A DNA stretch of 64,000 nt from an uncultured Candidatus Rokubacteria bacterium (GTDB lineage Bacteria; Methylomirabilota; Methylomirabilia; Rokubacteriales; DASRDR01), in NCBI GenBank assembly GCA_963708025.1, contig CAVPSB010000032.1, positions 160,001-224,000 on the forward strand, written 5' to 3'. The notes under the pieces were generated by a model. It made no database searches and had not been told where the DNA came from. It saw nothing but the letters and a program-made list of their open reading frames with translations. Shown here piece after piece: positions 63,418 to 64,000 of this stretch. Position 1 is the first letter of the stretch. Each line of letters starts with the position of its first letter. Both the position numbers and the translations under genes were made by a program.

Positions 63418-63540
63418 CGCGGCGAGCGGTGCTGGGCCCGCTGGCCGAGGACCGGGTCGGCGGGATAACGAGCAGGCGCACGCGGCGACCGAAGCGGCGG
63501 GCGCGAGCGCCCGGCAGGTGGACCCTTCGTCGATGACAAC

Positions 63541-63578
63541 GAAAACGCCCAGGCCGCGTGTGCGACCCGGGCGTCTTC
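63541..63578 (-). terminator. Rho-independent terminator of the rRNA operon
   Basis: GACGCCCGGGTCGC-ACAC-GCGGCCTGGGCGTT followed by TTCGTT. Confidence 0.7.
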
Positions 63579-63584
63579 AGAAGC

Positions 63585-63701
63585 CCCGGCGGCGACCTAC
63601 TCTCCCACGCCGTTACCAGCGCAGTACCATCGGCCCTGGAGGGCTTAACGACCGTGTTCGGGATGGGAACGGGTGTGGCCCCTCCGGTCTGGCCGCCGGG
63701 A
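63585..63701 (-). rRNA. rrf: 5S rRNA
   Basis: CCACACCCGTTCCCATCCCGAACACGG, GCCGATGGTACT, GGGAGAGTAGGTCGCCGCC. Confidence 0.96.
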
Positions 63702-63779
63702 AGCACCAGCCGTCTACGAGTCCCTCGAGTCGCCGTCCTGTCCACCCGTCGGATCGCCATCCGGCGGCGGAATCATCCG

Positions 63780-64000
63780 TGGTCAAGCCGCACGGCCGAT
63801 TAGTACCGGTCAGCTCCACGCCTTGCAGCGCGTCCACCCCCGGCCTATCTACCTGGTCATCTTCCAGGGGCCTTCAGAGGCCTTCCGGCCTGGGAGGGCT
63901 CATCTTGAGGCGGGTTTCGCGCTTAGATGCCTTCAGCGCTTCTCCCTGCCGCACATAGCTACCCAGCGCTGCCCTTGGCAGGACAACTGGCACACTAGCG
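63780..64000 (-). rRNA. rrl: 23S rRNA, 3' end (partial)
   Basis: Plus strand GGTCAAGCC.CACG...ATTAGTAC, CCTATC.ACCTGGT, GCTTAGATGC.TTCAGCG, ATAGCTACCCAGC. Confidence 0.96.

Overview
High-GC bacterial chromosome segment, probably Candidatus Rokubacteria/Methylomirabilota. That placement is inferred from gene style and can be tested with the 5S/23S rRNA at the right end. Most of the window is minus-strand housekeeping genes: glpD and a HAD phosphatase, a stand-alone nuoLMN operon, ntrBC, tsaD, ftsEX-envC-ctpA-yibQ, pcrA-gatCAB, lspA-rluD-yvcK-glmU-glmS, tatA with two GT-C glycosyltransferases, selC...selA-selB, an mltD-like gene, lpxL, hppA-dedA-DUF47-pit, and the 3' end of an rRNA operon. Accessory blocks are (i) a SARP/BTAD-ATPase-TPR regulator facing a small protein, an SDR and a secreted protein across a SARP-like direct-repeat operator; (ii) a cluster of gene fragments with a dead tyrosine integrase next to tRNA-Sec; (iii) a sigma54 two-component system with its apparent target gene. 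Many single-base frameshifts, densest in gatA/gatB, look like sequencing or assembly errors. The strongest non-obvious signals are three. First, a highly structured 156-nt glmU-glmS leader that shares only the 5' core motif of the glmS ribozyme and has mutually exclusive pairings near the RBS. Second, several families of palindromic intergenic elements that mostly sit right behind stop codons, show compensatory base changes, and share nested mini-hairpin modules (GGCC-GAA-GGCC). Third, the BTAD regulator/operator/small-protein unit. All structure and family calls were made by eye; no searches were run.
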